Source: Terriglobia bacterium (GTDB lineage: Bacteria; Acidobacteriota; Terriglobia; JAJPHL01; JAPKYU01). Taken from it: DNA of 64,000 bases. The stretch lies in NCBI GenBank assembly GCA_965206645.1, contig CBDBKE010000004.1, forward strand, positions 928,001 to 992,000, given 5' to 3'. The notes beneath the pieces are model-generated. The model was not told the origin of the DNA. It did no database searches and saw only the letters and a list, made by a program, of their open reading frames with translations. This document shows, in pieces, positions 49,445 through 57,933 of this stretch (positions are counted from its first letter, which is position 1; each line of letters begins with the position of its first letter). The position numbers and the translations under genes were made by a program.

Positions 49445-50704
49445 TTACGCCCGGCCGGTCTTCTCCCCACTGCCTAGGCGCAGGGAAAGCACCAGCAAGG
49501 CCCCCAACATCCCCAGGCTCGCTGACAGTGCAAACGGCACGGCCGGCCCAAAGCGCTCCCAGAGTTGCCCGGTAATCAGGCTGGCAGCTAGCACCAGTGA
49601 CCCGTTGACAGAGGCCAGAATCCCATAAGCCCGTCCCCTCAGGTGTGCGGGAACCGCGTCCGCCACCATTGCCTTCAGCACCCCTTCGGACAGAGCGTAG
49701 TACAAGCCATAGAAAGCGAACAGCGTCCAAACCTGCCAGGGGGCCTCGACCAGAGCGAACCCGGCGTACACACACGCGAACACCAGGTAGCCCCCAGCCA
49801 ACAGCCATTTTCGGGGCAGGCGGTCCGAGAGGTGGCCTAGCGGCCAGGCCAGCGATGTGTAGGTGAGGTTGAACACCAGGCCAAGCGCAGGAGCCCAGGA
49901 CGTCATACCCAACTGGTGCGCACGCAACACCAGGAACAGGTCGCTGGAATTACCCAGGGCAAACACCCCTACGGCCAGCAGCAACCAGCGAAACCGCCGG
50001 GGCAGGCGTTCGGAAGAAGGCGGGTCGGCGTGCCCTGGTGGCTGCGGAGCCTGCCTCCGGCCGGGGCCTGTCTCGCGCACCGCCCAGACCACCACCAGCA
50101 CGCTCATGGCGCCGGGGATCGCTGCCACCAGGAAGATCGTTCGCAGATCAAAGTGATGTCGCAGCAGCAGTAAAGCGAGCAAGGGACCGAGGATGGCTCC
50201 TGCCGAATCCATCGCCTGACGAAAGCCGAAGGCAGAGCCCCGCCGAGCCTGCTCGACGGATTCGGCCAGCATCGCGTCGCGCGGCGCTGTGCGGATTCCT
50301 TTGGAAAATCGGTCGGTGGTGCGAATCGTCAGAACGTGAAGCGGTGTTGCGGCCCAGGCCAGCAGCGGCTTCACCGCATTGGCCCCCACGTAGCCCGCCA
50401 CTACGAAGGGCTTGCGGCGACCGACCCGGTCGGTCCACCAACCCGACAGCAGCCGTGAGAAGTTGGCGCAAGCCTCGGCAATTCCTTCAATCCAGCCCAA
50501 GGCCGCCGGGCCGGCGCCTAGCGGTCCCACCAGGAAAAGCGGCAGGAGCCAATAGGCCATCTCGGTTGCGGTGTCGTTGAAGAAGCTGGCAAACCCGAGC
50601 GCCGGAACATTGCGCCGCCGCGCCGAAAGTTGCTCGGCATTGGGAACAGCGCCAAGTCCGTTGTCATGCGCCAGTGCCTCGGTGCCTTCTCCAGGACCCT
50701 TCAC
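49445..50704 (-). CDS. MFS transporter
   Basis: FFNDTATEM, WTDRVGRRKP, DRFSKGIRTAPRD, FALGNSSD; start placed at GTG 50704, uncertain. Confidence 0.88.
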   Translation of the reverse strand: MKGPGEGTEALAHDNGLGAVPNAEQLSARRRNVPALGFASFFNDTATEMAYWLLPLFLVGPLGAGPAALGWIEGIAEACANFSRLLSGWWTDRVGRRKPFVVAGYVGANAVKPLLAWAATPLHVLTIRTTDRFSKGIRTAPRDAMLAESVEQARRGSAFGFRQAMDSAGAILGPLLALLLLRHHFDLRTIFLVAAIPGAMSVLVVVWAVRETGPGRRQAPQPPGHADPPSSERLPRRFRWLLLAVGVFALGNSSDLFLVLRAHQLGMTSWAPALGLVFNLTYTSLAWPLGHLSDRLPRKWLLAGGYLVFACVYAGFALVEAPWQVWTLFAFYGLYYALSEGVLKAMVADAVPAHLRGRAYGILASVNGSLVLAASLITGQLWERFGPAVPFALSASLGMLGALLVLSLRLGSGEKTGRA

Positions 50705-50793
50705 CTTGCGCGCCTCTACTCCTTTCCCTAGTCCTTTCCGGTCCGTGGTCCTTCCGGTGATGCTGCTGCCCTGCCTCGGTTCTGTCAGGGAAA

Positions 50794-52095
50794 TTAGACA
50801 GCGGGAGGATTGGGGGGTGCAGGACCGCACATGGGGCAACCTACGGGCCTGCGGATGATCGTGGTGTCCCTGGGGAACAACGACGCTAGCGACCAGTCCA
50901 GGGCCACCTGGATTTGCTTCTTCAAGCCGACGAGCTTGAACAGGTGCACCGCATTCCAGAACAGCCAGGCCAGGAAGCCGCTGAATTGAATCCCCATCAG
51001 GTCGATCACTGCATCGTTCATTCCGAGCGAAACCAGATAACCTTGTGGCTGAAACTCGGCGGCAAGCAGGGCTGCCCGTGAATTGCCGCCAGCAAGCCGC
51101 AGAATGTTCTCCGCCGCCACCCGTCCGTGGACGATTGCCAGGGGCGCCACGCGCGGCGACTGCTCCGGAGGCCAACCCGCGACCACCGCATTGTCCCCGA
51201 TGAGGAACACTTCCGGATGCCCTTCCAGTTGCAGGAAAGGATTGACCACCGCGCGGCCAAGACGGTCGTGGGGTCCGGGCAATGTCTCCACCAGAGGGTG
51301 CGCGCGAACCCCGGCAGTCCAGACCATCAGCCCAGCCGGCTCCACCCGGCTGCCATTCAATTCCACTGCCTCAGGCAGACACCGCGTTACCGCGGTTGAG
51401 GTGAGTACAGTAATCCCTTGCGCTTCCAGCTTCCTCGCGGCGCGCCGGGCCAGGCGGGGGTCGACACCAGCCAGAATGTTCGGACTGGCTTCCAGCAACA
51501 GCAGGCGGACATCAGCCGGGGAGATACCCCGGTAGCGTCTCAGTACGTGCCCGAAGATCAGGTCCTGGAGCTCGGCGACGGTCTCCACGCCCGTGTAGCC
51601 GCCGCCGATGACCACCAGGCTCAGCAGACGGCGGCGCCGCTCCGGGTCCGGCTCGTGATCGGCGTGCTCGAACAGATCCAGCAGGCGGTCGCGGAGTTGG
51701 ATGGCGCCTTCCAACGTCTTCAGGGGAAAACAGTGTGCGGCCGCGCCGGGAATGCCGAAGTAGTCGGTGACGCTGCCCGGCGCCAGCACCAGAAAGTCGT
51801 ACTCCATCTCGCCACCGTCGTGGAACTGTAGCTTTTTGCCCGGCAGGTTGACGGCTGCGACTTCCTCCCGACGAAAGTCAAAACGGCGCTGGCGCCGGAT
51901 GTCGCGAACCGTCTGAATGATGTGGCGCGGCTCGATGTAGCAGGAAACAATTTGAGGAAGCAGCGGGGTGAATAGCAGGTAGTTCTGATCGCTGACCAGG
52001 GTCAGGGTGACATCGCGGCGCGCCCGCCAGCGCGCTTCCAGGCGCGCCACGGTTTCCAGACCTCCGAAGCCCGCTCCCAGGATCACCACCCGCAT
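50794..52095 (-). CDS. NAD(P)/FAD-dependent oxidoreductase, type II NADH dehydrogenase family
   Basis: ILGAGFGG, FTPLL, IGGGYTGVE, VWTAGV, FLIGD. Confidence 0.9.
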   Translation of the reverse strand: MRVVILGAGFGGLETVARLEARWRARRDVTLTLVSDQNYLLFTPLLPQIVSCYIEPRHIIQTVRDIRRQRRFDFRREEVAAVNLPGKKLQFHDGGEMEYDFLVLAPGSVTDYFGIPGAAAHCFPLKTLEGAIQLRDRLLDLFEHADHEPDPERRRRLLSLVVIGGGYTGVETVAELQDLIFGHVLRRYRGISPADVRLLLLEASPNILAGVDPRLARRAARKLEAQGITVLTSTAVTRCLPEAVELNGSRVEPAGLMVWTAGVRAHPLVETLPGPHDRLGRAVVNPFLQLEGHPEVFLIGDNAVVAGWPPEQSPRVAPLAIVHGRVAAENILRLAGGNSRAALLAAEFQPQGYLVSLGMNDAVIDLMGIQFSGFLAWLFWNAVHLFKLVGLKKQIQVALDWSLASLFPRDTTIIRRPVGCPMCGPAPPNPPAV

Positions 52096-52189
52096 GCGTT
52101 CCCTCTTTCTCCCGACTGCTCCACCGACGGCCCACTATACTGCCTCGAGCAGTCGGACAACCGCAACCGCGCTGGTGTACAATTATCGT

Positions 52190-52870
52190 ATGAAGCGGCT
52201 GAATCCCTTGTGCGTGCTTTTCCCGCCGGCTCTGCTCGCTGCGGCCCTAATGGCACTGGTAGCGCCCGTATCCCCAGGGCAGACCCCGGCGGCCGGATCC
52301 GGACAGCACATCGTTTACGAAGGCATTGTCTCCCTAAAGGGAAAGACCATTGGGACTACCATCCTGTTGGAAAGCTCCAGCAATGCCGGGACGAATGCAG
52401 GCTCTGGGACCACGGTGACCGGGTGGATTCAGCGGCACGACTTTTTTTCCATCGACTCCGGCCACATGGACGCTGACAGGATCGTGTTCACTTCCGGCGG
52501 CAACCACTACACCATCAACCGGCGCACCAACCGCATCAGCTATTCCGGGCCGGACGGCAGCGGCAACAGACGGGTGGCGGAGATGACCTACATCAGCGGG
52601 CGCGTCTATCGCGTGACCGAGCCCGCCGCCGGCCGAGGGGAGATCACGCTGGAGACGGATCGAGGGGAAAAAGCATGCTTGGTGGGCGCACCTTCCGTGT
52701 GGAAGCGAGCCGGTCCGCCAATCGACAACTTTCCCCGGCTGGAAGAGGTGGTGGGCAAAACGGTCGGTGCCTGGCTTGCTAAGAGCGGTGGTATCCGCTA
52801 CCTGGCCGTCTTGGAAGAACCCGAAGGCATGGACTTGCAGAAAAAGCGCCCCAAGAAGAAAAAGAAATAG
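52190..52870 (+). CDS. Secreted hypothetical protein with basic C-terminal tail
   Basis: ATG 52190, signal peptide, KKRPKKKKK end; TACAAT 6 nt upstream. Confidence 0.7.
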   Translation: MKRLNPLCVLFPPALLAAALMALVAPVSPGQTPAAGSGQHIVYEGIVSLKGKTIGTTILLESSSNAGTNAGSGTTVTGWIQRHDFFSIDSGHMDADRIVFTSGGNHYTINRRTNRISYSGPDGSGNRRVAEMTYISGRVYRVTEPAAGRGEITLETDRGEKACLVGAPSVWKRAGPPIDNFPRLEEVVGKTVGAWLAKSGGIRYLAVLEEPEGMDLQKKRPKKKKK

Positions 52871-52895
52871 GTCAAGGGGCTGGCATTCCTGCGGG

Positions 52896-53504
52896 CTACT
52901 TCGCCCCCGCGTAGTTCTCCGCAACCCGATCCCAGTTGACGAGGTTCCACCAAGCCTCGATGTACTCAGGTCGACGGTTCTGGTACTTGAGGTAGTAGGC
53001 GTGTTCCCAAACGTCGAGTCCCAGGATAGGTGTCCCTCCCTCCATCAAGGGGCTGTCTTGGTTGGGCGTGGAACCTACGACCAGCTTGCCGCCCGACAAG
53101 TACAGCCATGCCCAACCCGAACCAAAGCGAGTTTTGGCCGCTCCAGAAAACTTCTCTTTGAAGCCTCCAAAGGAACCGAAGGTGGACTTGATGGCCTGGG
53201 CTAAGTCCCCTTTGGGCTCGCCCCCCCCGCCCTTCTTCATGACCGCCCAGAAGAGCGAGTGGTTGTAATGACCACCCCCGTTGTTGCGGACGGCGGTGCG
53301 GATCCCCTCCGGTACCTTGTTTAGATCAGCAACCAGCTCGCCGATGGATTTCTTTTGCAGTTCCGACTGAGGCTCAAGAGCTGCGTTTACATTACTCACA
53401 TAAGTCGCGTGGTGCTTCCCGTGATGGATTTCCATCGTCTTGGCATCAATGTATGGTTCCAGCGCGTCGAACGCGTACGGGAGCTCTGGGAGTTTATAGG
53501 ACAT
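52896..53504 (-). CDS. sodA: Fe/Mn superoxide dismutase, Mn-type signature
   Basis: [35 protein letters not shown]. Confidence 0.93.
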   Translation of the reverse strand: MSYKLPELPYAFDALEPYIDAKTMEIHHGKHHATYVSNVNAALEPQSELQKKSIGELVADLNKVPEGIRTAVRNNGGGHYNHSLFWAVMKKGGGGEPKGDLAQAIKSTFGSFGGFKEKFSGAAKTRFGSGWAWLYLSGGKLVVGSTPNQDSPLMEGGTPILGLDVWEHAYYLKYQNRRPEYIEAWWNLVNWDRVAENYAGAK

Positions 53505-53713
53505 TCGGGTCTCCTTTCTGCATACTCCTGTAATGGCGGTCCTTGGGACAGGAAAGGATACCGCAAGATCGCGAAGAATACCGCAAGATCTTGAAGCAAC
53601 TCAGAGATTGGGAAGAAGTGTGCCCCCCTTCTTGAACTAACTCTTGTCCTGACGGGCCGCCTTGCTGCCGTGGGTGCGCTGGCCTGCGGGGCAGAGTACA
53701 ATGTCTTTTTACC

Positions 53714-55237
53714 ATGTCGCTCGCACTTCCGAATCAGGCAGAACCGCCTCTGGTGCTGGCACTGGACGTAGGCACCTCTTCGGCCCGCGGGCTGCTCTAC
53801 GACCGGCTGGGACGCGCGCTGGAGGGACTTTCTGTAAGACAGGAATACCAGGTTCGAACCAGCGCGGAAGGGGCTGCCGAATTGGATGCCGACCAGCTGG
53901 TGGTGAGCATCTGCAGCCTGATGGATGGGCTGTTGGAGCGCGGGGCCGAGGCGGTAGCCAACCACGGCGTCGCCGCCGTGGCGCTCTGCACCTTCTGGCA
54001 CAGCATGGTGGGAGTCGGCGCGGAGGGCCGGGCCATTACGCCGCTCTATACCTGGGCCGATGCGCGCAGCAGTCAGGCGGCCGAGCGGCTCAACCAACGA
54101 CTGGATGCGCAGGCCGTGCACGCCCGCACCGGCGCCCTGCTGCACTCCAGCTATTTCCCGGCTCGCCTGGCATGGCTGGGAGAGACGCAGCCAGAACTCC
54201 TTCGCCGAGTGGCCTGCTGGATGTCGCCTGGGGAGTACTTGCACTGGCGGCTGTTTGGGCGTTCGCTGTGCAGCGTCTCGATGGCGTCCGGTACCGGCCT
54301 CTTCTGCCAGAATGAATGCCGCTGGGACGAGGAATTGTTGGCGGCACTGCCGGCGCGGGTCGAGCAGCTTTCCCCGCCTGCGGAACTTGATACGCGGCTG
54401 GAAGGCCTCTGCCCACCCTACGCCCGGCGCTGGCCTGCGCTGGCCCGCGCACCCTGGTTTCCGGCGCTGGGAGACGGTGCCTCCAACAATATTGGCAGCG
54501 GCTGCACGACTCCGGACCGTGTGGCTTTGATGGTAGGCACATCCGGGGCGATGCGCGTAGTTTGGGAGACGGCGCGGGTTGAGATTCCTGAGGGCCTGTG
54601 GTGCTACCGCGTAGACGGCCGGCGTTTCGTGTTGGGCGGCGCGCTCACCGGCGGAGGAGATGTATTTGCCTGGTTGCGCGGCCTGCTGGCCTTCAACGGC
54701 GCGAGCAATGAGGCGCTGGAGCGCTCCCTCGCCGAGCTCGGCCCCGACGACCATCACCTTACCTTTCTGCCGTTCCCCTCTGGCGAGCGCAGCCCAGGCT
54801 GGGCCGGCCATGCCCGCGCGGCCATCACCGGGCTGACTTTCCACACCCAGCCCATTAACATCTTGCGCGCCGGTCTGGAGGCCGTGGCCTACCGATTCGC
54901 CTTGGTGACCGAGCAGATGCAGCAACACCTGCCGCCGGCACGGGAAATTGTCGCCTCGGGCAGCGCGCTGCGCGCATCGCCCGCCTGGACCCAAATGATG
55001 GCCGACGTGCTCGGCCGTCCCGTAACCATTTCCGACGAACCGGAAGCTTCCAGCCGCGGCGCCGCTCTACTGGCGCTGGAATCCCTCGGCTTGCTGACTA
55101 GCCTGGAAGACGCTCCGGCCGCCCAAGGCCGCGTTTTCGAACCTGACTCCGGACGTTCGGCCCGCTACGGTGAAGGCCTGGAACGACAGAAGCGTTTGTA
55201 CACCCTGTTGATTGAGGAAGGAAAGGGCAAGCTATGA
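53714..55237 (+). CDS. gntK: Gluconokinase, FGGY family
   Basis: LDVGTSS, WADARS, SMASGTGL, DGASNNIG, VGTSGAMR, GERSPGW. Confidence 0.85.
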   Translation: MSLALPNQAEPPLVLALDVGTSSARGLLYDRLGRALEGLSVRQEYQVRTSAEGAAELDADQLVVSICSLMDGLLERGAEAVANHGVAAVALCTFWHSMVGVGAEGRAITPLYTWADARSSQAAERLNQRLDAQAVHARTGALLHSSYFPARLAWLGETQPELLRRVACWMSPGEYLHWRLFGRSLCSVSMASGTGLFCQNECRWDEELLAALPARVEQLSPPAELDTRLEGLCPPYARRWPALARAPWFPALGDGASNNIGSGCTTPDRVALMVGTSGAMRVVWETARVEIPEGLWCYRVDGRRFVLGGALTGGGDVFAWLRGLLAFNGASNEALERSLAELGPDDHHLTFLPFPSGERSPGWAGHARAAITGLTFHTQPINILRAGLEAVAYRFALVTEQMQQHLPPAREIVASGSALRASPAWTQMMADVLGRPVTISDEPEASSRGAALLALESLGLLTSLEDAPAAQGRVFEPDSGRSARYGEGLERQKRLYTLLIEEGKGKL

Positions 55238-56358
55238 ATCCGCTGGTAGAACTACACAAGTTCGGTCACAGTTTTTGGTACGACAACATCCACCGGCGAA
55301 TGCTTACTTCGGGCGAGCTGAAGCGCATGATTGACGAGGACGGCCTGCGCGGGATGACCTCGAACCCCACGATTTTTGAGAAGGCCATTGCCGGCAGCGC
55401 CGACTACGACGATGCCATTCGTGAGCTGGTGGGCCGCGGGCTTGAGGTGGCTGAGATTTACGAAGCGCTGGCCGTGGCCGACATCCAGGCGGCCGCTGAC
55501 GTGTTCCGCCCCCTCTACGACCGGGAGAACGGGAACGACGGGTACGTCTGCCTGGAGGTCTCCCCGAAGGTGGCGCACGATACCCAGGCGACCATTGCCG
55601 AAGCCGCGCACTTGTGGAACAGCGTCGAGCGCCCCAACTTGATGATCAAGGTTCCGGCGACGCCTGCGGGCATCCCTGCGATTGAACATCTGATCGCGAA
55701 CGGCCTGAACATCAACGTGACTTTGATGTTTGCCAGCGAGACCTACGAGCAGGTGGCCACGGCCTATATCCGCGGCCTGGAGCAGCGCGCGCGGGAAGGG
55801 CGCGATGTGCGGCAGACCGCCTCGGTCGCCAGCCTGTTTGTCAGCCGGGTGGATACGGCCGTGGACAAGATCCTGGAGAAGACAGGTGCCCCGGAGGAGC
55901 TGCTCGGCAAGGCGGCCATCGCCAATTCCCGGCTGCTTTACCAGAGCTACAAGGAGATTTTTCACGGCCCGCGCTTTGCCGCCCTGCGCGCCAGCGGCGC
56001 GCGGCCCCAGCGCCTGCTTTGGGGCTCCACCAGCACCAAGAACCCGAAGTACAGCGACGTGATTTACGTTGAAGCCCTGATTGGTTCGGAGACAGTGGAC
56101 ACTATGCCCGACGTTTCCATCGCCGCCTTCCGCGATCATGGCAAGGCGCGAGCTACGCTGGAGGAAGGCGTGAACGAAGCGCGTCGGACGTTCGAGCGTC
56201 TGGCCCAGGCGGGCGTGGATGTCCCCGCAGTCATGCAGCAGCTTCAGGACGAGGGCGTAAAACTGTTTGCCGACTCCTTCGACAAGCTGATGCAGTCGCT
56301 GGCATCGAAGCGAGAGGCCCTCCTGGGCACCGCGTCCAGCGCGACCTCTGGGCGCTAG
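55234..56358 (+). CDS. tal: Transaldolase
   Basis: GMTSNPTIF, LEVSP, MIKVPAT, NVTLMF, FVSRVD, LWGSTSTKNP. Confidence 0.93.
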   Translation: MNPLVELHKFGHSFWYDNIHRRMLTSGELKRMIDEDGLRGMTSNPTIFEKAIAGSADYDDAIRELVGRGLEVAEIYEALAVADIQAAADVFRPLYDRENGNDGYVCLEVSPKVAHDTQATIAEAAHLWNSVERPNLMIKVPATPAGIPAIEHLIANGLNINVTLMFASETYEQVATAYIRGLEQRAREGRDVRQTASVASLFVSRVDTAVDKILEKTGAPEELLGKAAIANSRLLYQSYKEIFHGPRFAALRASGARPQRLLWGSTSTKNPKYSDVIYVEALIGSETVDTMPDVSIAAFRDHGKARATLEEGVNEARRTFERLAQAGVDVPAVMQQLQDEGVKLFADSFDKLMQSLASKREALLGTASSATSGR

Positions 56359-56482
56359 CGGAACGAGGTGTCCAGCCACTTTGAAGGCAGCACGTGGTCA
56401 CGGGTCAACCGCAAGGAAAGACATGGAATGGAACCGGCAGCGGTAGGGCTGGGTTCTAGTTTCGGGTACGGGAAATCGCGCA

Positions 56483-57214
56483 TTGAGTGAGCTGCGCATC
56501 TTCGCCGATTCCGATGGCCTGTGCCGTGAGGCGGCCGAGCGGATCCTGCGAGCTGGACAGAAGGCCGTGGCAGACGAGGGGCGCTTCGTCCTGCTGCTGT
56601 CGGGTGGTCAGACGCCCCGGCGGCTGTACGCACTGTTGGGCTCGGCGGAGTATCGCGATCGCCTGGACTGGACCCGCACACACCTGTTCTGGGGAGATGA
56701 GCGCGCGGTTCCGCTGTCGGACCCACAGAGCAATTACCGGATGGTGGCTGAGACGTTGTTGTCCCGGATCGTAATTCCTGAGGACCACATTCATCGGATT
56801 CGGACTGAGCTGCCCCCGGAGGAAGCGGCCGCCAGCTATGAGCGCGAACTGCGGGAGTTCTTCGCAGGTCCTCCCCGCTTTCATGTGGCCCTGCTCGGAA
56901 TGGGTGCGGATGGCCATACGGCCTCGCTGTTCCCGGGTTCCCCCGCGCTGCGCGAACAGAAGCGCCTGGTGGTTGCCACCGCGAAGGGAAGCATTGAGCG
57001 AATCAGCCTCACACTAGCCGCGCTGAATGCCGCTCGTGAGGTCTTATTCATGGTGACTGGGACAGCCAAGGCGCCGGTGTTGGCGGCGGCGCTGAAAGGC
57101 CCCCTGGATTCAGGACTGCCGGCGGCGCTGGTGCGGCCCGCGTCAGGCCAGGTGGTATGGCTGGTGGACCGGGCCGCGACTGCCGTTCTACAACAACAAC
57201 CCCAGCAACTATGA
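56483..57214 (+). CDS. pgl: 6-phosphogluconolactonase
   Basis: LSGGQTP, WGDERAV, SNY, GMGADGHTASLFP, RISLT. Confidence 0.93.
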   Translation: MSELRIFADSDGLCREAAERILRAGQKAVADEGRFVLLLSGGQTPRRLYALLGSAEYRDRLDWTRTHLFWGDERAVPLSDPQSNYRMVAETLLSRIVIPEDHIHRIRTELPPEEAAASYERELREFFAGPPRFHVALLGMGADGHTASLFPGSPALREQKRLVVATAKGSIERISLTLAALNAAREVLFMVTGTAKAPVLAAALKGPLDSGLPAALVRPASGQVVWLVDRAATAVLQQQPQQL

Positions 57215-57777
57215 GAAAAACCTCTGCTGAGCTGAAGAAACGGGCCAAACGGATCCGCCTGTTGTTGATGGACGTGGATGGTGTGTTGACCGATGGCCTT
57301 CTGTACTACGTCCCGGACGGGCGCGGCGGCGTGGTGGAAAGCAAGGCGTTCGACAGCCAGGATGGAATAGCGATGCGCTGGGTCCAGGAACTCGCCGGTG
57401 TCCGGATCGGCTGGATCAGCGGCCGGCAGTCGCCTGGAGTCTGCGAGCGGGCGCGCAACCTTCAGGTCGCCTACCTCTATCAGGACTGCCTGAGCAAACT
57501 CGGTCCCTTTCGCGAAATCCTCCAAGATTGCGGCGTAGCGGAAGAGAACGTCTGCTTCATCGGTGACGACCTGACCGATGCCCCCATCCTGCTGCGTGTG
57601 GGGTTGCCGGTGGCCGTCGCCAATGCGCGCCCGGAGATCAAACGGTGCGCCCGCTACATCACGCTCGCCGAAGGCGGCCGGGGCGCCGTGCGGGAAGTTG
57701 TGGAGCTGCTGTTGCGCGCCCAGGGCAAGTGGGACGCCGTGCTGGAAAAGTATAGTCTCCTGCCCGGCCGTCGCTAG
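57211..57777 (+). CDS. kdsC: KDO 8-phosphate phosphatase, HAD family
   Basis: MDVDGVLTDG, DGIA, ISGR, IGDDLTD, GGRGAVRE. Confidence 0.88.
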   Translation: MRKTSAELKKRAKRIRLLLMDVDGVLTDGLLYYVPDGRGGVVESKAFDSQDGIAMRWVQELAGVRIGWISGRQSPGVCERARNLQVAYLYQDCLSKLGPFREILQDCGVAEENVCFIGDDLTDAPILLRVGLPVAVANARPEIKRCARYITLAEGGRGAVREVVELLLRAQGKWDAVLEKYSLLPGRR

Positions 57778-57933
57778 AAATCAGGCGCCAGCCTCAGCTG
57801 CAATCTTTGTCCGAAAAGAAATGTCCAAGATCGCAACCCGTTCAGCGAAAGCCGATCTGGCCAGGGTTGGGTTAGGTACCCAGAAGCACGCGGACCTGAT
57901 TTTGAAGAGGCCGCAGGTCATTCCCTGCCTTTC

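Noticed and set aside
53396-56379. Long minus-strand ORFs over gntK and tal
   Set aside because: Antisense shadows typical of high-GC coding DNA; the plus-strand genes carry the family motifs.
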